NCBI GenBank assembly: GCA_963796275.1
Contig: CAWCKY010000006.1
Location: 256,001 to 320,000 of the forward strand
DNA from: an uncultured Acidobacteriota bacterium
GTDB taxonomy: Bacteria > Acidobacteriota > Blastocatellia > RBC074
Length of the DNA: 64,000 bases
Direction: 5' to 3'
The notes under the pieces are model-generated. The model had not been told where the DNA came from and ran no database searches. It was given only the letters and a program-made list of their open reading frames with translations. The position numbers were made by a program, and so were the translations under genes. Shown here piece by piece: positions 44,202 through 54,204 of this stretch; position 1 is the stretch's first letter; every line of letters starts with the position of its first letter.

Positions 44202-45818
44202 ATGCGGATGAGGATATCTATACCCCTTGCCCGAACTCCGAGCCCAATCCACAAACTGGCGATGTATGGTCTAGCGCTTATTGTGAGTATATCGATGATC
44301 AGCGGTTGCTCCCGACAGGCGAAGCCGGATAGCGGAGCCGGTCCAGAGGGAGAGGGCGGAGCGCTCACACCAGCTGCTGAAAGTAGCAACATCGTCCCGG
44401 TCGTAGACCTCATCCCCGAGGAGTTACAAAAGGTCAAAAATCCTTGGACCGGCGATCTCAACGAACTGGGCGAACGGAGATACATCCGAGCGCTCGTCGT
44501 CGTCAATGATACGTCATACTTCGTCGATCGTGGTGTGCAACGCGGCTATGCCTTCGCATCGCTCGTCGAATTCGAGAAATCGCTGCGTCCGCAAGCCACC
44601 AGGCGACATATCACGACAAAGATAGCCATCATCCCGACGACCCGTGATCGCTTACTGCCGGCCCTGGCGGCCGGTTATGGTGACATCGCAATCGGCAATC
44701 TGACTATCACTCCGGAGCGAGAGGAGCTCGTAGACTTCTCTGACCCCATCCTCGATAACGTCAAGGAGCTGGTTGTGAGCGGGCCGTCAGCCCCGGCCAT
44801 TTCGAGTATCGATGAATTGTCGGGGAAAGAGGTGCAGGTGCGCGCATCGAGCAGTTATCACGAGAGCCTCAAATCGCTCAACCAGCGCTTCCACAGCTCG
44901 GGCAAAGCGCCGGTCAAAATCCGCTTGGCCGATGAACTGCTCGAAGACGAAGACATTATGGAGATGGTTGATGCCGGGATTATCCCGATAACAGTCATTG
45001 ACAGTCACATCGCCAAGTTCTGGAACCAGATTTATGACAGCGTCAAGGTGCACGAAGACCTGGCGTTGCGAGAGGGGGGGCGCATCGCCTGGGCATTGCG
45101 GAAAAACACACCCGAATTCAAGCGTGTAATTAATGACTTTGTCAGTACGCGCCGTGCCGGCACGCTATTCGGCAATATCATGCTGGAGCGCTACCTCGGC
45201 AATGCCGATCGCTTGAGGAACCCAATTGCGCAGGAGGGGATGCAGCGATTCTACGATCTTGCCGGCTTTTTCCGTAAGTATGGAAACAAATACGATTTGC
45301 CCTGGCTTCTGATCGCGGCGCTGGGCTATCAGGAGTCCAGACTTGACCAGAGCAAGCGGAGCCCAGCTGGAGCGATCGGGATCTTGCAGATCAAGCCCTC
45401 GACTGCCGCCGATCCCAATGTCGGTATCCCCGACATCCATCAGAAGGAGAACAACATTCATGCCGGCGTCAGGTACTTGCGGTTCGTCATCGACCGGTAT
45501 TTCCAGGATGAACAAATGGATCGTTTAAATAAAGGTCTTTTTGCCCTCGCTTCATATAATGCCGGGCCCGCGCGCGTCGCCGGGATGAGGCGGAGAGCGG
45601 AAGCAGCGGGGCTGGATCCGAATTTATGGTTCAATAACGTCGAGTTCGTAGCCGCGCGCGAGATCGGGCGGGAGACCGTCTACTATGTGAGTAACATTTA
45701 TAAGTACTACATAGCATATCGCGGGGTGGTAGAAGTAGGCGATCGGCGCGCCAAGCGGCGCGGGCAGGCTGGACTGTCGCGGGGCGCACGATCTACCCCA
45801 CGACGAGCTGAGAGGTAG
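44202..45818 (+). CDS. MltF-like lytic transglycosylase (SBP plus SLT domains), probable lipoprotein
   Basis: WTGDL, GDIAIGNLTIT, YQESRL, GAIGILQI, SYNAGP, ETVYYVSNI. Lipobox ISGC. Confidence 0.9.
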   Translation: MRMRISIPLARTPSPIHKLAMYGLALIVSISMISGCSRQAKPDSGAGPEGEGGALTPAAESSNIVPVVDLIPEELQKVKNPWTGDLNELGERRYIRALVVVNDTSYFVDRGVQRGYAFASLVEFEKSLRPQATRRHITTKIAIIPTTRDRLLPALAAGYGDIAIGNLTITPEREELVDFSDPILDNVKELVVSGPSAPAISSIDELSGKEVQVRASSSYHESLKSLNQRFHSSGKAPVKIRLADELLEDEDIMEMVDAGIIPITVIDSHIAKFWNQIYDSVKVHEDLALREGGRIAWALRKNTPEFKRVINDFVSTRRAGTLFGNIMLERYLGNADRLRNPIAQEGMQRFYDLAGFFRKYGNKYDLPWLLIAALGYQESRLDQSKRSPAGAIGILQIKPSTAADPNVGIPDIHQKENNIHAGVRYLRFVIDRYFQDEQMDRLNKGLFALASYNAGPARVAGMRRRAEAAGLDPNLWFNNVEFVAAREIGRETVYYVSNIYKYYIAYRGVVEVGDRRAKRRGQAGLSRGARSTPRRAER

Positions 45819-45846
45819 CTCTTTTGCCGGTTCGAGATGAAATTCG

Positions 45847-47220
45847 ATGGTTACCATTATCTCGAAAATGACCGCACTAACTCTGTTATTTATTCTTCTG
45901 CCCTTATTGAGCAGGGGTGGGATAGCACGCGCTGATGTTGCTTATACACCCGCGATTATAAAAAGTAATAATAACAATCGCATAGGCGCAGAGCCGCAAT
46001 ACGATGATAAATTTCTTCTTGATAGCACCGCCCGTTCCGAGGGGCTGGGACTCTGGGATCTGTACAGATGGTATGTCGTCGGCGCGGTTTCGTTCATTAT
46101 GATTCAGACTGGGATTATTTGCGGGTTACTTGGAGAGCGCCGCAGGCTACGGCGCGCAGAAGAGGGGCGTCTCCAATTAGCCGCTTTAGTCGAGTCTTCC
46201 AGGGATGCCATCATCGGTACATCCCTGGACGGGCGAATCCTGAGCTGGAATCTGGGCGGTGAGCTGATGTACGGCTACACGGTCGCCGAAATGTTGGGTC
46301 GTAAGGCTTCGGTCATCGTCCCTCCCGATCGCATGGAAGAGAGCGCCGAGAACATAAGGAAACTCAGGAGCGGGGAACACATCGAAAATTTCGAGACCGT
46401 GCGGATCAAGAAAGACGGCACTCGCATCGACGTTTCTCTGAGCGCCTCGCCCATTCAAGATATGGGGGGGCGAGTCATCGCAGTTGCGACGATCGCGCGC
46501 GACATTACGGAGCGCAAGCGGTCTGAACAGGAATTACATCGATTAACGGCTCGCCTGCTAAACTTGCAGGATGAAGAGCGGCGGCGGCTCGCGCTGGAGC
46601 TTCATGATGTCACAGCGCAGAATCTGTTTGCGATCAATATGAACCTGTCGCGCCTGCAGCGGGGGCGCGTGGAACCGTCCGAAGCGCGGGAGATATTAGC
46701 CGAATCGAGGAAGCTCGGCCACCAGTCACTGCAGGAGATTCGCACCCTCTCTTACCTACTTCATCCGCCGATGCTCGATCAGGCTGGATTAGTCGGCGCT
46801 TTGAAATGGTATGTCGACGGGTTCATCAAGCGCAGCGGGATCAGCGTCGAGGTGCTTACGATCCACGAGATCGGACGTATGCCGGCTGAGATTGAAATTG
46901 CACTATTCCGCATCGTCCAGGAGAGCCTGACCAATATCAGGCGTCACTCCGGCAGCTGCTCGGCCAACATCAGGCTGGAGAAAGACAATGATCAGGTGAT
47001 TTTGCAGATCAGAGACCATGGTCGCGGGGCACCGTCGAATATCCCATTAACAGAGCCGGACGGATCCGAGTCGCTGGGGGTTGGTTTACCTGGAATGCGT
47101 CAGCGGCTCCACCAGGTCGGCGGAAGTCTACTAATAGAGTCGAGCAATAGCGGAGTGGTAGTAACCGCCATAGTGCCTATAACGAACGGAGTTAACCATG
47201 ATCCGCATCTTGCTGGCTGA
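45847..47220 (+). CDS. PAS sensor histidine kinase (HisKA_3)
   Basis: SSRDAII..WNLG, ERRRLALELHD, QESLTNIRRHS, GVGLPGMR. Confidence 0.93.
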   Translation: MVTIISKMTALTLLFILLPLLSRGGIARADVAYTPAIIKSNNNNRIGAEPQYDDKFLLDSTARSEGLGLWDLYRWYVVGAVSFIMIQTGIICGLLGERRRLRRAEEGRLQLAALVESSRDAIIGTSLDGRILSWNLGGELMYGYTVAEMLGRKASVIVPPDRMEESAENIRKLRSGEHIENFETVRIKKDGTRIDVSLSASPIQDMGGRVIAVATIARDITERKRSEQELHRLTARLLNLQDEERRRLALELHDVTAQNLFAINMNLSRLQRGRVEPSEAREILAESRKLGHQSLQEIRTLSYLLHPPMLDQAGLVGALKWYVDGFIKRSGISVEVLTIHEIGRMPAEIEIALFRIVQESLTNIRRHSGSCSANIRLEKDNDQVILQIRDHGRGAPSNIPLTEPDGSESLGVGLPGMRQRLHQVGGSLLIESSNSGVVVTAIVPITNGVNHDPHLAG

Positions 47221-47827
47221 CGATCACAACGTAGTACGTAAAGGACTGCGAGGTACTTTAGAGCAGTACGATGACTGGAATGTTTGCGGAGAGGCGTCTA
47301 ACGGGCGCGAAGCCGTCAAGCTCGCCCTGGAGTTGAAACCGGATATCGTTGTGCTGGATCTTACTATGCCCGAATTGAATGGGATCGAGGCGACGCGGCA
47401 GATCAAAAAGTCTCTGCCGCAGACGGAAATATTGATCTTCACGATGCACGAGACCGAGGAGATGATCCTCCGCGCGTTCGAGGCAGGAGCGCGAGGTTTC
47501 GTCCTCAAGTCTGATGACGAACTCGAACTCGTCGAGGCCATCAAGGTAATCTCGCGACATAAGACCTTCTTCACCACTACGGCATCCGAAGCCCTCCTTG
47601 ATAATCTCCTCAGACCTTCCTTGAGAGATTCGGTTTTGACAGATAGGGAGCGTGAAGTCGTCCAACTGCTGGCTGAGGGGAAAGCCAATAAGGAAGTGGC
47701 TGCCGCGCTGGACATCAGCGTAAAGACGGTCGAGACACACCGCGCCACGATCATGCGTAAACTCGAGCTTGATTCGATTGCGGACCTCGTCCGTTATGCT
47801 ATCCGTAACGGATTGATCGATCCCTAA
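47198..47827 (+). CDS. NarL-family response regulator, cognate of the 45847 kinase
   Basis: LADDH, LDLTMP, LTDREREVVQLLAEG. Confidence 0.95.
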   Translation: MIRILLADDHNVVRKGLRGTLEQYDDWNVCGEASNGREAVKLALELKPDIVVLDLTMPELNGIEATRQIKKSLPQTEILIFTMHETEEMILRAFEAGARGFVLKSDDELELVEAIKVISRHKTFFTTTASEALLDNLLRPSLRDSVLTDREREVVQLLAEGKANKEVAAALDISVKTVETHRATIMRKLELDSIADLVRYAIRNGLIDP

Positions 47828-47858
47828 CTGCGAATGACGATCATTGTAATTAGGTTCT

Positions 47859-49823
47859 ATGACCAAACAAACATTTTCAGTTGCGTGTGTTCACTGTATA
47901 AGACGCCAAATCTCCTTGATTGTGATGGTCTGCGTTCTGCTCTTAATCACGCCCGGTTTTTCCGCCTCGGCACAGTCAACCAATCAGAGAACCGAAACTC
48001 AGGAACAAGACATTCAGTTCGGGGGCACCTATGCCAACCTCAAACCCGAACAGCGGCGTTTGGTTGACGAGTGGTTCCGGCAATACAACGAGATCACAAA
48101 ACAGAATCTGAAGCCGGCGGAAGAATACGATGGTCTTTCGCTTTCGACCAGGACGACCTTCGAAGCCGTGACGCACGCATTATTGACGTCCAAGCTGACT
48201 GACCCGAGCGGCCGCTCGCTAGGCACGGCGATCGACCTGGTCGCATACGTGGAGACCGTTCACGGCAAGATCCCACAGACCCGCGGCGACCTCCAGTTCC
48301 GCATCTACGCTGCGCTGAAGCCGACGGCCGTGGAGGTGCTGGAGGCTTCGCGCGAGTTCAGGCGCGGCCGTGACAACACCGTCTTTCACAGAGGCTATCC
48401 GGTCAATTACCGCCAGGAGGGTGGAGCGCCGAGCATCCAATTCTCCATTTCGCCCGACGGCAAGCGCACGGACATCGACGTCGACTACCGCTCGTCGAAG
48501 TTCCCGGCGGCGATTGTCAACGGCCATCTGACGGCCTCGAACTCCGATGTACGGGCCGGAAACAATCACGACAGGCACGTCAATCGGTGGACCGGATTCG
48601 GCAACTGGTGGAGGAGCATCTTCGGCATACGGCTCAAAGAAGCCGACCTCAAGGATGACGAAGCCAGGGAAGTGCGGTACGGCATCCCGAGATTCCCGCG
48701 CGCCGGCAGAGGCAAGATTGAGGAGGCGGTTTTTGATTTCCTCAACTCCTGGTTGGTCGAGCAGCAGCCCAACCAGGCGGTTGCTTACATCTCGCCGAGA
48801 GCTTTCTCCTGCATCGATCAGGTGGCGAGCGATGAACAAAAGAAGATGAATCCGGGCCTCGTCCCCTTCTACATCCTGGAGGGGATGAAGAAAATCAACC
48901 GCACTCTCGGCAGACCGGCGAAGTTGGGCGAAGTCACAGAGAGCGTACGCCCGAGTGAGCCGGCGCTGAGGCCTATCAGAAATCCGCACCGCGCGGAGTT
49001 CGATCTGTTCGAGACGCCGGAGGACATAGCCTTCGAATTCGAGTGCGCCAACCGGAACAGGCTACCGGGCGAGACTGAGAAGGTAAAGCCGGAAAGGCGG
49101 TATGGCAGTTTCGCCGGTGCGTCATTGCGGCTGAAATTGCCGCAGGCGAAGGGCGACCGGCTGCTGATCCTCTGGACGAAGGAGTCCGGTTACTGGAAGA
49201 TCATCTCCTGGAGCATCGAGCCGGATCAGCTCGCGGGCAAGGAGGCGCCGGAGGCAGTTCAGGCGGCTGCGGCGGAGACGAAACTCGAGCGCGTGGCAGG
49301 CGACCCGGGCATGATTGCCGCCGCTGCGGGCTTCTTCGACGCATGGTTCGTCGAACAGAACTTCGATCAGGCGATGGGATATGTTTCAGAACAGTGCTAT
49401 CCATGTATCAATCTCTACCTCGACGAGGGAGTGAAAAAAGTGCGGAATTGGAAGGAGGGGCGGCAGAAACTACGCGAGGGGATGAGGAATATAGCTAAAA
49501 AGATCGGCCGAAAGGATGATGTGTCGAATGCGATCGAGCGCATTGTTCCTGCGCATCCTGCATTAAAGATCGTCACGCACGCACAGGAGCAAGCTTATAC
49601 GCTAGTCAGTGTGCCGGACGAAATAGCTAGAGACTTCAAATGCCCGAGTCAGGCGCAGGGGGGGAAGATCGCGCAACAAACCGAAGGGACTGCGGTCTAC
49701 GGCAACTACTACGGCACGATCTTCGAGTTGAAAGTCGACGGTACGCCGGCTGCCCTGTACTTGCTCTGGGGCAGGGAAAAAGATCAGTGGAAGATCATCG
49801 CTTATTCGATTGAGGTCCCATAG
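47859..49823 (+). CDS. Secreted hypothetical protein with a duplicated C-terminal domain
   Basis: 654-aa ORF, signal peptide ASA-Q, internal repeat. Confidence 0.8.
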   Translation: MTKQTFSVACVHCIRRQISLIVMVCVLLLITPGFSASAQSTNQRTETQEQDIQFGGTYANLKPEQRRLVDEWFRQYNEITKQNLKPAEEYDGLSLSTRTTFEAVTHALLTSKLTDPSGRSLGTAIDLVAYVETVHGKIPQTRGDLQFRIYAALKPTAVEVLEASREFRRGRDNTVFHRGYPVNYRQEGGAPSIQFSISPDGKRTDIDVDYRSSKFPAAIVNGHLTASNSDVRAGNNHDRHVNRWTGFGNWWRSIFGIRLKEADLKDDEAREVRYGIPRFPRAGRGKIEEAVFDFLNSWLVEQQPNQAVAYISPRAFSCIDQVASDEQKKMNPGLVPFYILEGMKKINRTLGRPAKLGEVTESVRPSEPALRPIRNPHRAEFDLFETPEDIAFEFECANRNRLPGETEKVKPERRYGSFAGASLRLKLPQAKGDRLLILWTKESGYWKIISWSIEPDQLAGKEAPEAVQAAAAETKLERVAGDPGMIAAAAGFFDAWFVEQNFDQAMGYVSEQCYPCINLYLDEGVKKVRNWKEGRQKLREGMRNIAKKIGRKDDVSNAIERIVPAHPALKIVTHAQEQAYTLVSVPDEIARDFKCPSQAQGGKIAQQTEGTAVYGNYYGTIFELKVDGTPAALYLLWGREKDQWKIIAYSIEVP

Positions 49824-49934
49824 CGGAACCTGCACTCGCGTTTCCACCCTCCGGGGATTGCCTTTGGCGATTATTGTTCTTCGTCACGAAGTGGGGCGAT
49901 GGACCTTAGCTGTTGGTGGTGCGTAGCGGAACCA

Positions 49935-50575
49935 CGGTAACTGAGCGCCCTCATCATCGCAACCGCAGGATCAATGGCATTGAGCTAACATAATTTCGCA
50001 TTGAGGCTAACACAGGTTTTTCATTGATGCTCATCTGGACTCGTATGTGACGCACGAACCGGGTTCTCATTGACGTATAGCTGTTCCCATCAGTGATCAC
50101 CATGCGGCGCACCAACTCGATTTTTCGTACTGAAACAATGTGATATACAAAGCAGTGTATGTGTTTGCTATGCCATAAGCCGTTCATCAAATATTCAAGC
50201 GTCGCTGACGCGACGCGACTTTTATCTCCATACTACCGTGGGTTAAAACCCACGGCTACAATCAATCGCCGCTAACGCGGCGAAGAATATTTTTCATTCC
50301 ATCGTACCACGTGGGTTAAAACCTGGTTAAAACATAAGGGTACAATCAATCGCCGCTAACGCGGCGAAGAATATTTTTCATTCCATCGTATAAAACCTGG
50401 TTGAAACCCACAGCAAAATTTCACGCGGTCGCTAGGCGGCGAAAGAAAATGTGCCTTGTGTGGAAGTATCTGGGCAATGATCTCTCGCGATTTGCGATCA
50501 TTGCGTTTCGCCCTCGTAAGGGCGGTGGATAATAGCCGTTGGTGGAGCATAGGCGAAACCACCGGTAACTGAGAG
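49935..50575. repeat. Internally deleted duplicate of the downstream REP-tnpA unit
   Basis: 49935-50112 resembles 50563-50740. 50115-50575 resembles 52925-53935 but has only 2 REP units. Confidence 0.85.
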
Positions 50576-50689
50576 CCCTCATCATCGCAACCGCAGGATC
50601 AATGGCATTGAACTAACATAATTTCGCATTGTGGCTTACGCAGGCTTTTCATCGATGCTCATCTGGACTCGCATGTGACGCATGAACCG

Positions 50690-51068
50690 GGTTCTCATTG
50701 ACGGTTAGCCGTTCCCATCAATGGTCACCATGCGGCGCACCGATGCACACCTATCTTCGCCGGTTATGGGCTGGCATTGATGCACAAACCGGATTCTCAT
50801 TGACGGTTAGCCGTTCCCATCAATGGTCACCGTGCGGCGCACCGATGCACACTTATCTTCGCCGGTTATGGGCTGGCATTGATGCACAAACCGGATTCTC
50901 ATTGACGGTTAGCCGTTCCCATCAATGATCACCGTGCGGCGCACCGATGCACACCTATCTTCGCCGGTTATGGGCTCGCATTGATGCACAAACCGGATTC
51001 TCATTGACGGTTAGCCGTTCCCATCAATGATCACCGTGCGGCGCACCGATGCACCACCTATCTTCGCC
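50690..51068. repeat. 102-bp tandem repeat, about 3.7 copies
   Basis: TTCTCATTGACGGTTAGCC starts at 50692, 50794, 50896 and 50998. Confidence 0.9.
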
Positions 51069-51106
51069 GCGTTAGCGGCGGTTGATTGTAGCCGTGGGTT
51101 TCAACC

Positions 51107-52501
51107 CACTGGTATCTACACATTTCCGACGGTTAGGAATAGCCTGGCACAATGAGCCGGGCCATCTGTTTAAGGTCATTGAGGTCATAATGTTCGAGCA
51201 ATTCAAGTGTCGACAAGAAACTCCAAAACCCAGCCAACAATGCTGGTGCAGTGGGTTGCCCACGCCGAACTTGTCGACCGCTCAATCGCACCAAGAGATT
51301 GCGCAGGGTGACCGTCTGCGGATCCGTTGCGCGTTGGATGTGCCAGACTACGACACAAGCCATGGCCACCACCAACAAACGTTTGGCAATCGCCTCAGCA
51401 GTTTCCTGCTGCCACTGGTCGACTTGGAAACCATGGCTTTTAAGCAACTTGAAGTAAGATTCAATTCTCCAGCGCCAGTAGTACCATTCGGCCAGTTGCT
51501 CAGCGCTGATGCCAGCCGGCACGTTACTGAGCAAGTACCATTCAGCCGCAATCGTTTCATCGGGCAAGCGCAGTTGACAGACAATCAAGCGCAGTTCGAG
51601 CGGCTCACCTTTGATCCATTGACGCTTGCCCCCGTCGCGCGCGCGGGGAAAGGCCGGACGATCAATGACGATGCTGGTTTCGCCCACAAACAGTTGCCCA
51701 ATGAGATTGGCCGAAATCTCTACCGCTTGGCTAGCGCGCAAGGCGACCTGTGCTGCGACCTGGCTCAACGGTTGTGTCCGCTCCTGCCAAACAACTCTCT
51801 GTTCCCCGTTGGCACGTACTTCAAACAGATGGCCTTCACTATTCCATTGACGATAGTGAAAGATCGAGTCGCCTTCCCGATCAATGATGTGGACCAGCGG
51901 CAACGACAGTTTTTGCTTCTGCGAAGCCCGCATTGTCTGGCTCACCAATCCCAGGGGCGACCAATCTCTGTGCCTCTCTTCATCAAGCGTTGTGTGCCAT
52001 CCATCATTGGCCCACAGCCCAAGGCTGATCGGCGCTATCGGCGCCCCGCTCTGGTCGCTCAGCAGCAACGTGGTCGCCAGTTTGTAGCCCAAGTCGCTGC
52101 CGATTTTTTTCCGATCCTTCTTGCTCGTGTGCGTTCCGTAGCGCAGATCAGACCAGTCGTGGATCGCCAGTCCATACCGTCGACAGACAAGCGGCATCTC
52201 CCGCCGAGCTTGTTCTACCAACGGTTCGACCAGCCCCGTCAGCTTCACATTGGGGTTGGCATAAAATCGCCAGGCCGCTTGCGTGCTGGCAAACGCTTCA
52301 TTAACGCTCGGCAGCGCACGCGATCCAGCAGCTTGATTCTCGCTTGTATGGAGATGTTCATTCACCAGCCTCTCATACCGTCTTTGCAAACGGGGGTCAA
52401 ATGGAGGTTTGAGGAGAAACATTCAAAGAGCATATTCTTCGGTAGGTTTGATTGCGATAACTCTTTGCAACCAAACGCAAAAACTTGTGTAGATACCAGT
52501 G
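51107..52501 (-). mobile_element. IS4-family (IS50/Tn5-like) insertion sequence, about 1395 bp
   Basis: Terminal IRs CACTGGTATCTACACA. The 52501 end reads CACTGGTATCTACACAAGT, sharing TACACAAGT with the Tn5 outer end. Flanking 10-bp duplication GGTTTCAACC at 51097 and 52502. Confidence 0.88.
51133..52422 (-). CDS. IS4-family DDE transposase
   Basis: AAWRFY, IHDWS, IIDREGD, YYWRWRIESYFKLLKS (YREK motif). Confidence 0.93.
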   Translation of the reverse strand: MFLLKPPFDPRLQRRYERLVNEHLHTSENQAAGSRALPSVNEAFASTQAAWRFYANPNVKLTGLVEPLVEQARREMPLVCRRYGLAIHDWSDLRYGTHTSKKDRKKIGSDLGYKLATTLLLSDQSGAPIAPISLGLWANDGWHTTLDEERHRDWSPLGLVSQTMRASQKQKLSLPLVHIIDREGDSIFHYRQWNSEGHLFEVRANGEQRVVWQERTQPLSQVAAQVALRASQAVEISANLIGQLFVGETSIVIDRPAFPRARDGGKRQWIKGEPLELRLIVCQLRLPDETIAAEWYLLSNVPAGISAEQLAEWYYWRWRIESYFKLLKSHGFQVDQWQQETAEAIAKRLLVVAMACVVVWHIQRATDPQTVTLRNLLVRLSGRQVRRGQPTAPALLAGFWSFLSTLELLEHYDLNDLKQMARLIVPGYS

Positions 52502-52564
52502 GGTTTCAACCCACGGTCGGTGTACAGTATTTTCCGCGTCGCGTCAGCGACGCTTGAATTATCC

Positions 52565-52985
52565 CTCATCATCCAGTACAGCTCCTCATAAAGGATTGCG
52601 TCTGATGGTGCACACGTCGATTTTGAATGTAACTTGCGACCTTCGGCACATTCGATTTACTAATGCTAAATACGGTATATCCATCCTGGCAACAAAAATT
52701 CGGCATCAGGAAACTCTTCGCGGGATCTTCGCGGGATCCATTTTGACGAATCGACTTTGAGGTACCTGGCAATCTCAAACGGCGCGAGCGTAGGCGGAGC
52801 CGCAATCAATGCATGAAGATGGGCCTCGATGTGACCTATTTGGATTGGGCTCATCTTATGATAGCGTACGACACCGCCTAAATAAGACCATATGCGCTCT
52901 TCAATATTTGGATGGATGAATTCAACTCAATTTTTTCGTACTGAAACAATGTGATATACAAAGCAGTGTATGTGTTTGCTATGCC
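52565..52985 (-). pseudogene. tnpA: IS200/IS605-like or REP-associated Y1 HUH transposase, multiply frameshifted
   Basis: Pieces read ANTYTALY/HIV/STK, IEERIWSYLGG, HLHALI (HUH), LKVDSSKWI, QDGYTVFSIS, YIQN..HH. Confidence 0.85.
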
Positions 52986-53004
52986 ATAAGCCGTTCATCA
53001 AATA

Positions 53005-53790
53005 TTCAAGCGTCGCTGACGCGACGCGACTTTTATCTCCATACTACCGTGGGTTAAAACCCACGGCTACAATCAATCGCCGCTAACGCGGCGAAGAATA
53101 TTGTTCACTCCATCGTACCACGTGGGTTAAAACCCACGGCTACAATCAATCGCCGCTAACGCGGCGAAGAATATTGTTCACTCCATCGTACCACGTGGGT
53201 TAAAACCCACGGCTACAATCAATCGCCGCTAAAGCGGCGAAGAATATTGTTCACTCCATCGTACCACGTGGGTTAAAACCCACGGCTACAATCAATCGCC
53301 GCTAAAGCGGCGAAGAATATTGCTTACTCCATGGTACCGCGTGGGTTAAAACCTGGTTAAAACCCACGGCTACAATCAATCGCCGCTAACGCGGCGAAGA
53401 ATATTGTTCACTCCATCGTACCACGTGGGTTAAAACCTGGTTAAAACATAAGGGTACAATCAATCGCCGCTAACGCGGCGAAGAATATTGTTCACTCCAT
53501 CGTACCACGTGGGTTAAAACCCACGGCTACAATCAATCGCCGCTAAAGCGGCGAAGAATATTGTTCACTCCATCGTACCACGTGGGTTAAAACCTGGTTA
53601 AACATGGGTACAATCAATCGCCGCTAAAGCGGCGAAGAATATTGTTCACTCCATCGTACCACGTGGGTTAAAACCTGGTTAAAACATAAGGGTACAATCA
53701 ATCGCCGCTAACGCGGCGAAGAATATTGCTTACTCCATGGTACCGCGTGGGTTAAAACCTGGTTGAAACCCCGGCAAATTTCGCGCCGTC
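53005..53790. repeat. Tandem GTAG-REP array, 9 units of 73 bp (82-84 bp variants)
   Basis: Unit CGTGGGTTAAAACCCACGGCTACAATCAATCGCCGCTAACGCGGCGAAGAATATTGTTCACTCCATCGTACCA. The reverse complement has GTAG before the hairpin. Confidence 0.9.
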
Positions 53791-54204
53791 GCTAGGCGGC
53801 GAAGAAAATGTGTTCTTGTGTGACAGTATCTGGGTAATGATCTCTCGCGATTTGCGATCATTGCGTTTCGCCCTGGTAAGGGCGGTAGATAATAGCCGTT
53901 GGTGGAGCATAGGCGAAACCGCCGGTAACTGAGTTCTCTCACATCGCACCCCGGCAGGGGGGCTGGATGGGGTACTGAGGTGCAGATTCTTCTTTTCGTC
54001 GTTCCTGATCCGGCGCACCTGCCGGGGCACAAAGATAATGACGACGGTCGGTCCGGTGGTTACGTTATGCTTCACCCGGCTAAAATCCGCTACGGCTCTG
54101 GCGCAAAACCGAAATTATGGGTGGTGACAAGGGGTCAAAACCTGGTTGAAACCCATAGCAAATTTCACGCCGGCGCTATGCGACAAAGAAACTGGCTACC
54201 TTCG

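Noticed and set aside
50698-50928. Repeat-peptide ORF as a RiPP precursor
   Set aside because: By-product of the 102-bp repeat: TTG start, no RBS, stop codons in later units, and no modifying enzymes nearby.
51082-52557. 491-aa plus-strand ORF
   Set aside because: Antisense shadow of the IS4 transposase with no recognisable motifs.
52565-53100. IS605 element with tnpB/omega-RNA
   Set aside because: No tnpB or RuvC remnant is visible beside tnpA.
53005-53790. CRISPR array
   Set aside because: The whole unit repeats with no unique spacers, no cas genes are present, and it has GTAG-REP features next to tnpA.
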